Source of the DNA: the human T2T-CHM13v2.0 reference genome, Homo sapiens
Length of the DNA stretch: 64,000 nt
Direction: 5' to 3' (one strand)
Assembly (NCBI RefSeq): GCF_009914755.1
Contig: NC_060925.1
Shown piece by piece: positions 41,542 through 54,647 of this stretch (its first letter is position 1; each line of letters opens with the position of its first letter). The notes under the pieces are model-generated. The model did no database searches. It worked only from the letters and a program-made list of their open reading frames with translations, and was not told the origin of the DNA. The position numbers were made by a program, and so were the translations under genes.

Positions 41542-41982
41542 TATATATGTGTGTCAAGGATTCACAGTTTAGTGAGGAAGATGAGTGTACAAATAAGTAA
41601 GTTTACCAGAGTTACCAGAGCTTTGCTGGAACTCTCCACTAGTATGGCGTGGAGGATTTCAGATAAACCTGGCAATGTTCTTGAAAGGCTTCATAGATTA
41701 GGTGAGACACAAGTGTGTTGTTAAAAATTGAACAAATGAACCCCTCCCAAAAGGACAAACGGGAACATGGGCTTTCCAAAGAGAGAGCACAGGTGAATAG
41801 GCCTGATAAAGAGAAGGAAGTGAAGACATTCTTCATGGTTTGATGTGGGGTGAATAATGGCAAAGGTGGGAGAGAGGAGGGGATGAGGAGAGGTAAGGCC
41901 AAGTTGGTAGGCAAGGGTTAAATCATAAAACATGTTAGATCCTTTGCTAAGGAATTATACTTTCTTACCAAGAGTACCACAA

Positions 41983-44534
41983 TGTATTAGTTCATTTTGT
42001 GCTGCTATACCCAAAACTGGGAAGAAAAAGAGGTTCAATTGGACTTACAGTTCTACATGGCTGGGGAGGCCTCACAATCATGGTGGAAGGTGAAAGGCAT
42101 GTTTCACAGGGTGGCAGACAAGAGACAATGAGAAAAAAGCAAAAGTGGAAACCCCTGATAAACCCATCAGATTTCATGAGATTTATTCATGTGTGTCAAG
42201 GATTTACAGTTTACTGAGGAAGATGAGTGTATAAATAAGTAAGTTTACCAGAGTTACCAGAGCTTTGCTGGAACTCTCCCCCAATATGGAGTGGAGAAAT
42301 TCAAATAAACCTGGCAAATAAACCTATTCTTGAAAGGCTTCATAGATTAGGTGAGACACAAGCATATTCTTAAAAATTGAACAAGTGAACCCCTCCTAAA
42401 AACAAATGGGAGCATAGGTTTTCCAAAGAGACAGCACAGGTGAATAGGCCTCATAAAGAGAAGGAAAATTCTCATTATTAGGAGAATAGCACAGGAAAGA
42501 CTGGCCCCCTTGATTTAATTATCTCCCCCTGGGTCCCTCCCACAAAACGTGAGAATTCTGGGAGATATAATTCAAGTTGAGATTTGTGTGCAGACACAGC
42601 CAAACCATATCATTCCACCCTTGGTCCTTCCAAATCTCATGTCCTCACATTTCAAAACCAATCATGCCTTCCCAACAGTCCCCCAAAGTCTTAACTCATT
42701 TCAGCATTAACCCAAAAGTCCACAGTCCAAAGTCTCATCTGAGACAACGGAAGTCCCTTCTGCCTATGAGCCTGTAAAATCAAAAGCAACCTAGTTACTT
42801 CCTAAATACAATGGGGGTACAGGTATTGGGTAAATACAGCCATTCCAAATGGGAGAAATTGGCCAAAACAAAGGAGTTATAAGGCCCATGCAAGTCCCAA
42901 ATCCAGCAGGGAAGTCAAATTTTAAAGCTCCAAAGCAATCTCCTTTGACTCCAGGTCTCATATCCAGGTCACACTGATATAAGAGGTGGGTTCCCATGGT
43001 CTTGGGCAGCTCTGCCATGTGGCTTTGCAGAGTACAGCCTCCCTCCTGGCTGCTTTCATGGGCTGGCATTGAGTGTCTGTGGCTTTTCCAGGTGCACAGT
43101 GCAAGCTGTCAATGGATCTACCATTCTGGGGTCTGGAGGTTGGTGGCCCTCTTGCAGCTTCATTAGGTGGTGCCCCAGTAGGGACTCTGTGTGGGGGCTC
43201 TGACCCCACATTTCCCTTCCACACTGCCCTAGCAGAGGTTCTCCATGAGGGCCCCACCCCTGCAGCAAACTTTTGCCTGGGCATCCAGGCATTTCCATAC
43301 ATTTTCTGAAATCTAAGCAGAGGTTCCCAAACCTTAATTCTTGACTTCTGTGCACCTGCAGGCTCAACACCACATGGAAGCAGCCAAGGCTTGGGGTTTC
43401 CACCCTCTGAAGCCACAGCCCAAGCTCCACGTTGGCCCCTTTCAGCCATGGCTGGAGCAGCTGGGACACAGGGCACCAAGTCCCTGGGCTGCACATGACA
43501 CAGGGACCCTGGGCTCAGCCCACAAAATCACTTTTTCCTCCTGCACCTCTGGACCTGTGATGGGAGGGGCTGCCATGAATGTCTCTGACATGGCCTGATG
43601 ACATTTTCCCCATGGTCTTGGCGATTAACATTAGGCTCCTTGCTACTTATGCAAATATCTACAGCTGGCTTGAATTTCTCCTCAAAAGATGGGTTTTTCT
43701 TTTCTACTGCATCATGAGGCTGCAAATTTTCGGAACTTTTATTCTCTGTTCCCCTTTTAAAATGGAATGCTTTTAACAGCACCCAAGTCACCTTTTGAAT
43801 TCTTTGCTGCTTAGATATTTCTTCTGCCAGATACCCTAAATCATCTCTCAAGTTCAAAGTTCCACAAATCTCTAGGGCAGGGGCGAAATGCCACCAGTCT
43901 ATTTGCTAAAACATAACAAGAGTCACCTTTGCTCTAGTTCCCAACAAGTTCCTCATCTCTATCTGAGACCACCTCAGCCTGGATCTTATTGTCCATATTG
44001 CTAACAGCATTTTTGTCAAAGCCATTCAACCAGTCTCTAGGAGGTTCCAAACTTTCCCACATTTTCCTATCTTCTTCTGAGCCCTCCAAACTGTTCCAAC
44101 CTCTGCCTGTTACCCAGTTCCAAAGTTGCTTCCACATTTTTGGGTATCTTTTCAGCAGCGCCCCACTCTACTGGTACCAATTTACTGTAGTCCATTTTCA
44201 TGCTGCTAACAAAGACATTCCCGAAACTGGGAACAAAAAGAAGTTCAATTGGACTTACAGTTCCACATGGGAGTGGCCTCAGAATCATGGCGGAAGGTGA
44301 AAGGCACATCTCATAGAGCAGCAGACAACAGAAAATGAGAAAGAAGCAAAAGCAGAAACCGCTGATAAACCCATCAGATCTCTTGAAATTTATTCACTAT
44401 CATGAGAATTGCATGAGATTGACCAGCCCCTGTGATTCAGTTATCTCCCCCTGGGTCCCTCCCACAACACGTAGGAATTCTGGGAGATAAAATTCAAGTT
44501 TAGATTTGGGTGAAGACATGGCCAAACCATATCA
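41983..44534 (-). mobile_element. THE1C-type MaLR provirus: LTR 41983-42612 (with insertion), internal 42613-44185, LTR 44186-44534
   Basis: Two homologous LTRs ending ccaaaccatatca; THE1 internal sequence; PBS-like tggtaccagtagagtgggg on the minus strand at ~44161-44179; cacaa at 41978-41982 recurs at 44533-44537, overlapping the terminal CA. Confidence 0.93.
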
Positions 44535-44853
44535 CAAGACTATATAAATAGAGACATTTAGTGCATGTCAATGGAGACGCCAAAACCCTAAAAACTCTAA
44601 AAGTTTTTGGCCTTAGCAAGATTTGTTCAGAAGTGAAGTAGGTCAAAACCTTCTTCAAAATACTTTTAAATAAATTAATAAAGTAGACAAACAGTATATT
44701 TTGATTTTATTTTGTCTTTCTGGTGTCCCAGAATGTTAAGGCTGGGAGTTATCTTCTGAAGTATTCAACCCCTCATTTCACAGTTAGAAAATGGAAGAAC
44801 AGAAAATAGGAAAGACTTCCCCAATTTTACACAGTGAGTACAAGTAGGGCTGC

Positions 44854-45715
44854 TGATATGGTTTGGATCTGACTCTCCACCCAAATCTCTTGTTCAATGG
44901 TAATCCCCAGTATTGGAGGTGGGGCCTTGAGGGAGGTTGCTGCGGTTTGCCATGGTTACTACGGGACTGAACGAAGGGGGACAAATGCACAAATGAGAAC
45001 TTAAGACAAAAGTAACTATTTTAAAGGAAGGGGCCAAGGAAGAAGAAGAGGGCTCCCAGCTTCTACTGAGCAAGGGCAGCTGCCCTGAGCTTCTATAGCC
45101 CTTTGTATTTATTGGGTAGAAAGAGCAGGGTAGAGGAGGCAACGATTGGTCAGCTGCTTAATTGATCACAGGTTCACATTATTGCTAACAGGCTTCAGAT
45201 ATGCCTAATCACAAAAAACACTGCACTTGGGGCGTGACTGCCCTCAGCATTCCTTCTGGGTGGCAGACGCAGTTTGTCAGTTTGCCAACAACCTGTTTTC
45301 ATGAGAACAGTTTGCTGTTTACTCATATAGCCTCCAGTGGTATACTGAGTTGATCATGACCCTCACTCTTCCGGCCTGCAACAGGAGGTGACTGGATCCT
45401 GGGGCAGATTCTCATGGTTTCACACCATCCATGTTAGTGATGTCATCGTGATAGTGAGTTCTCATGATATCTACCTGTTTAAAGGTGTGTAGCACCTTCC
45501 CCCTCCCTCTCTTCCTTCTGCTCTGGCCATGTGAGATGTCTTACTTCTCCTTTGCCTTCTGCCATGATCGAAAGCTTCCTGAGGCTTCCCCAGAAACAGA
45601 AGCTGCTATGCTTCCTGTACAGCCTGCAGAACCATGAGCCAATTAAACCTCTTTTCTTTATAAATTACCCAGTCTCAGGTATTTCCTTATAGTAGAGTGA
45701 GAACAGACTAATACA
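44854..45715 (+). mobile_element. MSTA solo LTR split by LTR3
   Basis: tgatatggtttgg start, gactaataca end; TSD gctgc/gctgg. Confidence 0.9.
44938..45383 (-). mobile_element. LTR3-like (HERV-K3/HML-6) solo LTR
   Basis: Reverse complement starts tgttgcaggccggaagagtgagggtcatgatcaactcagtataccactggagg; TG..CA ends; exact 6 bp TSD ggaggt (44932-44937 / 45384-45389). Confidence 0.8.
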
Positions 45716-46256
45716 GCTGGGTCTAGCCACTGAGTTTTGTCCCTTGCTCAATCCAGAGCCTAGATACAATCACTCCACTCGAGAACTTTTCTTACCATGG
45801 TCAAGCTGCATTGCTGAGCCCTGTTTTCTGTAACTGCCTTTCTCAAGCTACTTTTCACAAAAATTCCTGTTTCCAATGATTTTCATTACAAAAATTGGAA
45901 TTGTGTTCCCAGGAGGGAAGAGTTCTGGTTTAAAGACAACATAAAATTGCTCTCAACTTTTTGATAGAAATCACCCAATTAGAGGCACCATGCTCTTTGG
46001 GACAAGTCACAAATCAGAAAAGAAATTTTGTTAATTCCTTTTTTGGGTCATGTTTGGAAATAGGGAAGTGGGGGAGTTAGAGGTGAGGTGGGGAGGAGGA
46101 ATTAATTACACTGGAATGAGTTGTGAATTATGCCTGCACAGTGGCTAGAATTAGGTCCCCAAACTAAAAGGTCCACAGGAAACATAAGCAGGCTATCTGC
46201 TAGAACAAAACTCCTGGATGGAGAAGTTTCTCTGCTTCTGCGTCTGGCTTTTCTAA

Positions 46257-46673
<417 letters not shown>

Positions 46674-46764
46674 TAGAGCACTGAGCAGGGAATCAGGAAA
46701 CCCACTGCTATCAATTCAAGTCACCTTCCAAGAAATCCTCCTTCTTTTTCCAGCAAGCTGACAC

Positions 46765-47408
46765 CAATAGGGTCTCATTATTTGTGGATTCCATATTTGC
46801 AAATTCACCTGCTTTCTAAAATGTATTTATAACCCCAAAGTCAATACTTGCAGTTCTTTTGTAATCATTCAAGAACATGCGCAGGGTGGTGAAAAATTTG
46901 AGACACCCAACACACACATCCCTGGGTGAGGTCTAACAAGGCAGTGTTCCAACTTCTTGTTTCAGCCCCACACTGTGAACGAGGGCCCTTTTGCGGCTTA
47001 TATGTGCCACATTTTTTATATTTTCATTCTTTCTGCTGGTGATTTCACTGTTTAAAATGTCCTCAACACATCCCTGTAGTGCTGTCTGTTGTTCCTACAT
47101 GCAAGAAGGCTGTATGTCCAACAGAGAAAATACATGCTAGGTAAGTTTCATTCAAGCATGAGTCATAGTCAGCTGCCCTTGAGAATAATGTCAATGAGTC
47201 AACAAAATGTATTGAAGAAGGTGTCTTTAGACAGGAACAAACATAAAACAAATTTATCAATTGATTGGTTGATGGAGATGTTGTGACCAGACGCTCACAG
47301 GAGCCTAGCCCTGTCTTTCCTCTGAGAGAAATGGTTTAGTACTTGCTAATTCCATGTTTCTGGCAACTTTATAGAACATAACTCCACAAAGTAAACAAGA
47401 ATTGATTG
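46765..47408 (-). mobile_element. MER82-like TcMar-Tigger element
   Basis: 'tcattatttgtggattccatatttgcaaattcacc...gcaactttatagaacataact...aattgattg|ta'; ~645 bp. Confidence 0.82.
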
Positions 47409-47424
47409 TAATTCACTGACAGCT

Positions 47425-47719
47425 CACAAATCTCCATTCCAGAGAGACTTTCCCTGACTTCTGTATTTAAAGCAGCACGACCCCTCCCCTAAGGTACTTC
47501 CCATCCCTTTTCCTGGTGTTTGTCTCCATGGCACTAATCACCTTCTGACACAGTGCAGGTTTTATTTGTTTACTTGTTATTGTCTGACTCTTCTAGAAGG
47601 TAAGTTCTATGAGGGCAGGGATATTTGTCTACTTAGCTCAGTACTCTATGCTTAGTACCTACAATAGTGAATAGTGCACAGTAGGCACTTAGGGATGGTT
47701 AAATGAATACATTAATGAA
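47425..47719 (+). mobile_element. L2a-like 3' end
   Basis: 'gtaagttctatgagggcaggga...cacagtaggcactt...aaatgaatac'. Confidence 0.8.
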
Positions 47720-47728
47720 CATACTTGT

Positions 47729-48143
47729 TGATATAGTTTGGACCTGTGTCCCTGCCCATATCTCAAGTCGAATTGTGATTCCCAGTGTTGGAGGTAGGGC
47801 CTGGTGGGAGGTGATTGGATCATGGGGGTGGATATCCCATGAATGGTTTAGCACCATCCCTTTGGTGCTGTTCTCATGATAGTGAGTGAGTTCTCACAAG
47901 ATCTGGTTATTTAAAAAGTGTGTGGCATCTCCTGCTTCTCTCCTGCTCCTACTTTTTCCATGTGATGTGCCTCCTCCCTTTTGCCTTCCACCATGATTGG
48001 AAGCTACCTGAGGCCTCCCAGAAGCAGATGGCACTGTGCCTCTTGTACAGCCTGCAGAACCATGAGCCAATTAAACCTCTTTTCTTTATAAATTATCCAG
48101 TCTTGGGTATTCCTTTATAGCAATATGAAAATGGCCTAATACA
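47729..48143 (+). mobile_element. MSTA solo LTR, uninterrupted
   Basis: tgatatagtttgg ... gcctaataca; TSD cttgt/ctttt. Confidence 0.92.
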
Positions 48144-48284
48144 CTTTTCAAGGCTTCTGGGAGGAAAAACAGTAAGTCTTGTTCCTTCTCCTAGCTCTAT
48201 CAGCATTTTAGTCCCTATATTACCTTAACCAAAATATGTACTTTCCTGACACTTTATTTATAAAGTAAAAGGGTAAATTCTTAT

Positions 48285-48447
48285 CATTTTATGAATCATG
48301 TTCTACTTTGAAAATATGAGAAAAGCTATGAATATTCTACCTAGAAAAAAAAATGGACATTCATATTTACACACATTTTACCTATATTTTCAAGTGGTTC
48401 ACAGAAGTCCATCTATAGTTCGTGGATGTTAGTTTAAGAAATAGTCA
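48285..48447. mobile_element. MER117-like hAT fragment
   Basis: 'ctttgaaaatatgagaaaagctatgaa...cctagaaaaaaaaatggacat...ggttcacag'. Confidence 0.55.
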
Positions 48448-48511
48448 CACTAGACTAGAAAGATTATCTAAGTTCTTTTCTAACTCTTAACACCTATTTT
48501 TTTATCCACGC

Positions 48512-49047
48512 TGTGATAGTTAATATTAAGTGTCAATTAAGTGGGTTTATTTGTGTGTTTCTGGGTGTTGCCAGAAGAAATTAACATTTGAGTCAGCGGA
48601 CTCGGAGAGGAAGACCCACCATCAGGAAGACCAACCCACAGTGTGGGTGGGCACTATCCAATCAGCTGTCAGTGTGGCTAGAAAAAGCAGGCAGAAGTTG
48701 GAAGAAGCTGACTTGCGGAGTTTTCCAGCTTTCATCTTTCTCCCGTGCTAGATGCTTCCTGCCTCGAACATCAGACTCCAAGTTCTTTAGTTTTTGGACT
48801 CTTGGACTTACACCAGTCGTTTGCCAGGGGCTCTCAGGCCTTTGGCCACAGACTGAAGGCTGCACTGTCGGCTTCCCTGCTTTTGAGATTTTGGGGCTTG
48901 AACTGGCTTCCTTGCATCTCAGCTGGCAGACAGCCTATTGTGGAACTTCACCTTGTGATTGTGTGAGTCAATACTCCTCAATAAACTCCCCTTTGTATAT
49001 ACATTATCCCACTAGTTCTGTCCCTCTAGAGAACCCTCACTAATACA
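48512..49047 (+). mobile_element. MLT2A (MLT2A2-like) HERV-L solo LTR
   Basis: tgtgatagttaatattaagtgtcaa ... ctctagagaaccctcactaataca; TSD cacgc/catgc. Confidence 0.88.
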
Positions 49048-49539
49048 CATGCCCTAAGGAAAAAAAAAAAATCTCCTGATAAAGTACCACATACATGGAA
49101 GTAGGTTAGGAGATGTGGGAAGAACATAGGAGACACCATAAAAAATAAGACTCAACTTTCAGCTCCAGCGGGGCTGCTTTTCAGCAAAAGAAGTGGACAG
49201 TCAAATATAGAAGAAAATAATTGCGGGTGGAGAGAATGGGGAAATAATGGAGAAAGAATATTAAAAATGCAGGAGGTGTTTGAGGAAGAGAAAACAATTC
49301 TATTCTCTATCTGGGAGCCCCTGGCTGGCTTACATATATGTACAGGTGGGATGGAGAAACAAGTCTTCATATTCTGTCAGCAAAATCACACAAGGACTGT
49401 CATTATCTGCTCCTGAAGCTTTGGTAAACCCCTATCTCCTGCCTTCCTCACCTTCTGTCATTCTGAGATAGCCTCTGTGGTCTTGGTTCACCACTTCCCC
49501 AACTCCGGCACCAAGATTTGTTTGGTTTACTCCTTTTGG

Positions 49540-51240
49540 TCTTTATGCATACACTAAGTTCCAGGACTATATCCAATACTCTCATATATCTTGTCTCATT
49601 TCTTCATCCTTTTTTTTCCAGATGAGGAAGTTGAGGCTCCAAAGGCAATATGCCCAAAGCCATTCAATAATTGGTAGAGCCAGAGTTAAGAATCAATGAC
49701 TTTGGGCTGGAATCCCTTGTTCCTTCCACCATACCATGCTGCTTTTGCCTGTGCTTGTCTATCCTCATCCTGGTTGGGTAGAATTTGAAAGGACATATTG
49801 GGAGGATGCAGAAATAGGGTGTGGCCTGAAGGAAATTGGAAAGAGGTGACGGACAGATGTCAGGACACTATACTAATCAGAGACACCACATTGAGGTTAT
49901 AGACCAATGAGAATAGATGAGGAGTTCACACAGTTGCAGGCAATGCTACACTGCATCACTATACCATATCTCATTTAAACATATCCTCATCAATGCTTTA
50001 TTACACTATCAATAAAAATGGTAAATATAATTATGTTTATTGTATAGATAAGGAAACTGGAGCTGTAAGACAAATGACTTGTTGGGTTCTTACAGTGAGT
50101 CAGGAGAAGACCCAGACCTTGACCCCAGTGTGAGTGACTTCACATGCTGCCCTCCTCCTACCATATAACAGTCTATTTGCTTTGCCACACTCTTAATTCT
50201 GAAAAGACAATACTCCAGATGAACATTCCATTCTGCTCGTAGAAAAGTCCTGAAGGTTTAGGTTGAGACAATTGATTTCAAATGGTTCCTTTGAGTAGAT
50301 ACTTCCACCACTCCCAATTTTCAACTTGTTTTATAGATATCTTCTGATTCCACATATCTCCCTCCTGTTTTTATATGAGATCATCTGGCTTTCCAACTGA
50401 ATTCCTTCTCTACAAGCCAGTGAACCTCGATTGGACAGGAAATGAAGTTTCTCACCTCTAGTTCTCATGCTTGCCAGCTGTCCCCTGTATTTCCCTTTAC
50501 AGCCTAGAGAATGTGCAAACACAGACCTTCTCTGGCCTTGTATGTCATTAACAACACTGCTACCTGTTGGTGGAACCTGAACGCTAGTCCTACAGAACTC
50601 TCTGCACATGTGCCTTCTACACATCCTGCTCTCTGGTTTCAGTAAACTAATTTATATTTCAGGCACAGTCTATCTCATCTTGGTGCCCCTCTGTTCATGC
50701 TAGCCCAGTTCATCTGAGACTTGCTAATTTCAAGTCCTCTTGCCCAAGGCTTTCTCACCTTTTAAAAACCCAGCTTGAATGCCACTTCCTCCAAGTAGGT
50801 TTCATTGTCTTCTCCAGTGGATATTAATCTCCCCTACATATATCACTGTCAGCTGCGTACTTCTTAGTAGAATCTTATCTTATCACAATTGATACAGGTG
50901 CCTCAACTCCTTTAACGACTTGACTTCTCTACTCTCTTACAGCAGGAACTATATAGGAATTTTGATTCTCCACAAGATAGTGCCTTAAATGTATTAGTTA
51001 AATACACTCCCTCCAAATTAATATTGTCATTATAATGTCTATAATTAAACATTTATTTGAAGCAAGTATTTTTCACACATTATTACTATTCCTCATAACA
51101 ACCCTGCAGGATATTTTTCATCATTCTCTTTGCTTATATGATAAAGCCAAGACTAAGTCAGGTTAATAAGTTTTCCAAGGTCACTCAGCCAATAGATCAA
51201 TAAAGGAGCAAGGGCTTAAACTTTATACTTCCAATGTCCT
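49540..51240. mobile_element. MIR (-, ~49540-49740), MIR (-, ~49950-50165), L2 (+, ~50680-51000), MIR (-, ~51030-51240)
   Basis: 'cagatgaggaagttgaggct', 'gataaggaaactggagct', 'cccagcttgaatgccacttcctcca', 'cctcataacaaccctgcagg'. Confidence 0.6.
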
Positions 51241-51383
51241 TTGATCTTGGTATTATAGTTTGGCAATACTGAAAAATAAACTTGATAAGTGAGTTTGCAT
51301 GCCATAATCAAAGTCTTTAAAGTTTAACCCTTCACATCCTTACCATCTGGAACAAAATTATAATGAAAATTATTATAATTTTT

Positions 51384-51945
<562 letters not shown>

Positions 51946-51989
51946 AGTTTAGTTGTTGTTATTATTATTGGGCCATTTGGCCCGTAGGT

Positions 51990-52230
51990 AGGATCCAAAC
52001 TGCAGATTAGTTTAACTGTAATTGTTTCGTATGCTATATTTTAAACCGGTGATTTAGTGCCAACATTTAAAATTTTGCAGATTATACACACACAAAATTC
52101 TAGATTCTCAGCTTCCTTTGGGAAATCAGAAAGTCTAGCAACTCTTTGAACCTATTCCTACCTGGCCACAATCCACTGGTACTAAGTAACAGCATTCCCC
52201 ATTTAAAAAGGGCACATGCTTCCCAGTGCA
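51990..52230. mobile_element. MER102-like hAT element
   Basis: 'gccaacatttaaaatt...gggaaatcagaaagtctagcaac...aaagggcacatgc'. Confidence 0.6.
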
Positions 52231-52894
52231 TCATCTGTGCCCAGATTTCCTGTTGCTGTATGCTCAGCCACTTCTTTTTTTTTTTGCGCTTTTGAACTAA
52301 TGATCCCTGTGTTATGCCTTTGCTTAGACTGTTTTGAACTTTTATCTAATCTACCATATGCTTCAATGAGTTATCAATTTTTCCAGTCCAAACACAGTTT
52401 TAAGCATCAAATTAGCAGTACATTTATATTAACTAGCTGATAGGAAAATGGATATTGAATAGAGATAGTTGATGATGAGGAAAAAGAAAAACCCAACAGC
52501 CGATACAGTGCCTTATCACAATAAAGCACCACATTGAAAATAAAATTCAAAATGTAGTATCTCAAAGTAATATCGTGTTACACAAATGCTTGCTTACAAG
52601 GGTGATCCTGCCCCCTGCCACCCACTTTAAGGCCTTACTCAATATTACACCTCCTTATTAGGTATTTTAAAATATTTCAATCATGCTCAGAAGGAATTTC
52701 TTACTTGTACATCTCACAAAGCACAATTTGAGAAATTCTGTTCTAATTCTTGTCTCAACCTCCCCAAGATTGTAAATCCCTGGAACACAAGGACATTATA
52801 GAATTTGCTTGTATGCCCTTTAGGGTGAAGCAAAGTGCATTGTAGTTATTTGATTAGTGTATATTTGAATAAATTGTTATAAGATAATTTAAAA

Positions 52895-53833
52895 GTTCCA
52901 GCAAAGCCAACTTAAAAGGAGTCTATATGGCTGATCGCTATTCTTGCTACATTTTATGCAAGTAAGCAGACCAGGTATAAAGAGACTAAAATTTATTTTG
53001 AAAATAAATTAGTCCTATTATAATTTATTCTTGGTAAAAGTAGAGAAACTACAGGAGAAAAAAATTTAGATTCTAGCCCTGACCATTGTGTTAAGTTTTT
53101 ATTATTTGCCTACAATTTGAGCTAAATCCTGAATTTTTGCCTGGCTACAAGAAGTCTTCTCTAAAAGAGAGCTGGGTTTTACTTTTCCTCATGCTGCTTA
53201 ATGGATGACATACAAATTCTTTTTTGACCACAATCTTTGTATGCATTATAGTTCTACTATTCAAATTATCAATGTTATGTATCTCTCATTGTTTTATTTT
53301 GGAGAAAACCAAAATCATGGTACTCTGAGGACTAGAGATGATTCAGCAAAACCTGTGAATCTCCTCCAATCCCACTGGGCCTAGATCAGATTCTGTTTTC
53401 AATACCAAGCACCCTCCCTAAAGGCCCAGGGACCATTGCGAAAGAGAAGGGTGCATGAGATGGTAAGAGCCAGATTAGGGAGGTGGAATGTGGAGGCTGA
53501 AACAACTCTATCTTGAAAGCTAATCTACCAAGTTGGCTTCTGATCAGCCGCTGTTCCAGGAAGGCCTCTAAGATTTCCAGTTTATCTATTGTTTCTTGTG
53601 TAAGAGCAAGCACTTACCTTAACTCCTGCCCTTAGGTCAAACAACCTTGATGTTATCATATGTACTTCAATTGTCCTACACGTCCTTTCTGAACCACCCC
53701 TCCCTTATGGAACATAAGCTCTGGGTCTGGGAGGATAATGGCACAGGGATCCCTCATCGTGTCTTGCTGCTGCCCAAGACACAGACAAGGCTTCTGTTCA
53801 TAAGTTCCCATTAAATGTTTCTGAGAAAAAAAA
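52895..53833 (+). mobile_element. ERV internal 3' segment + polypurine tract + truncated LTR47A-like LTR + A8 tail
   Basis: Internal part resembles MER4-group non-coding internals; PPT agggaggtggaa (53477-53488); LTR starts tgtggaggctgaaacaactctatcttg at 53489 and stops ~10 bp after ATTAAA (53810-53815). Confidence 0.75.
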
Positions 53834-54628
53834 TGTATGAAGAATTTAGAGCCATCTAGTTCCTACACTGCTTAAGCGGAAGGTATAAAATATAACTTTT
53901 CACAAATAGTTCAATGAAAAATAAAATGCTTTTAAAAAGCATTGGGCATATAAGTGAGTCAGTTCCCATTAGAAAATAATGTGTTTATGTTACTTTGACT
54001 TTGAAACCAAAGTTGGCTTCCACTTTGTTTTTGGATGGCATGAGAGTTGCTTAAACTCTAAATCAATTTTCTCATTGTTGAAACGAGCATTTATGTTTAC
54101 CATCATGTCTTGCCTTGGACCTCACCTCCCAAGAGAAGCCTTTCAGAACACCCAAGACGGGATTTAAGAGCTGTCCTGTGTGCTCCCATAGACTTCGTTT
54201 GCTACCATACTACCTAGAAATTGCCTAGACTGTAACTTCTATGAAGGTAAAGATGATGTGATCATCTTTTTTACCGTGTGATCCCCCGAGCAGATTAAAT
54301 GCTCAGAAAATATTTATTGACAGAAAAAAATGGACGAGCAAATCCACAACTACATGAGTATACTTCCAAGATGGTTGTAAGAACCCAAAACTATTTGTAA
54401 AGAGCCAACAAATTTAAGTTGTCATCATTGTTATAAGCAACATTGAATATGGGGTGGCTGAGCTGAGAAATCTGCTTTGGCCATAACTGCAGCCTGTTGC
54501 TCCCATCTGTCGCTGTCCTGGCCCTGGCCCCTTTTCCCATTACACCCCCATGGAGCTTTCCTGAAGCTGACCCCATGCAGGCAGGACTGGAGGGCTGTTT
54601 TCCAGCCTCACCAACCTAATTGTTCCTC

Positions 54629-54647
54629 ATTTCCTGCCCATAAATGG
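54629..54647. promoter_or_regulatory. Candidate ETS + CArG (SRE-like) site
   Basis: atttcctg (reverse CAGGAAAT, 54629-54636) lies 1 bp before a perfect CC(A/T)6GG, CCATAAATGG (54638-54647); motif match only. Confidence 0.3.

Noticed and set aside
42791-44309. Overlapping ORFs up to 178 aa
   Set aside because: All lie within THE1C internal/LTR sequence and are decayed MaLR reading frames, not a host gene
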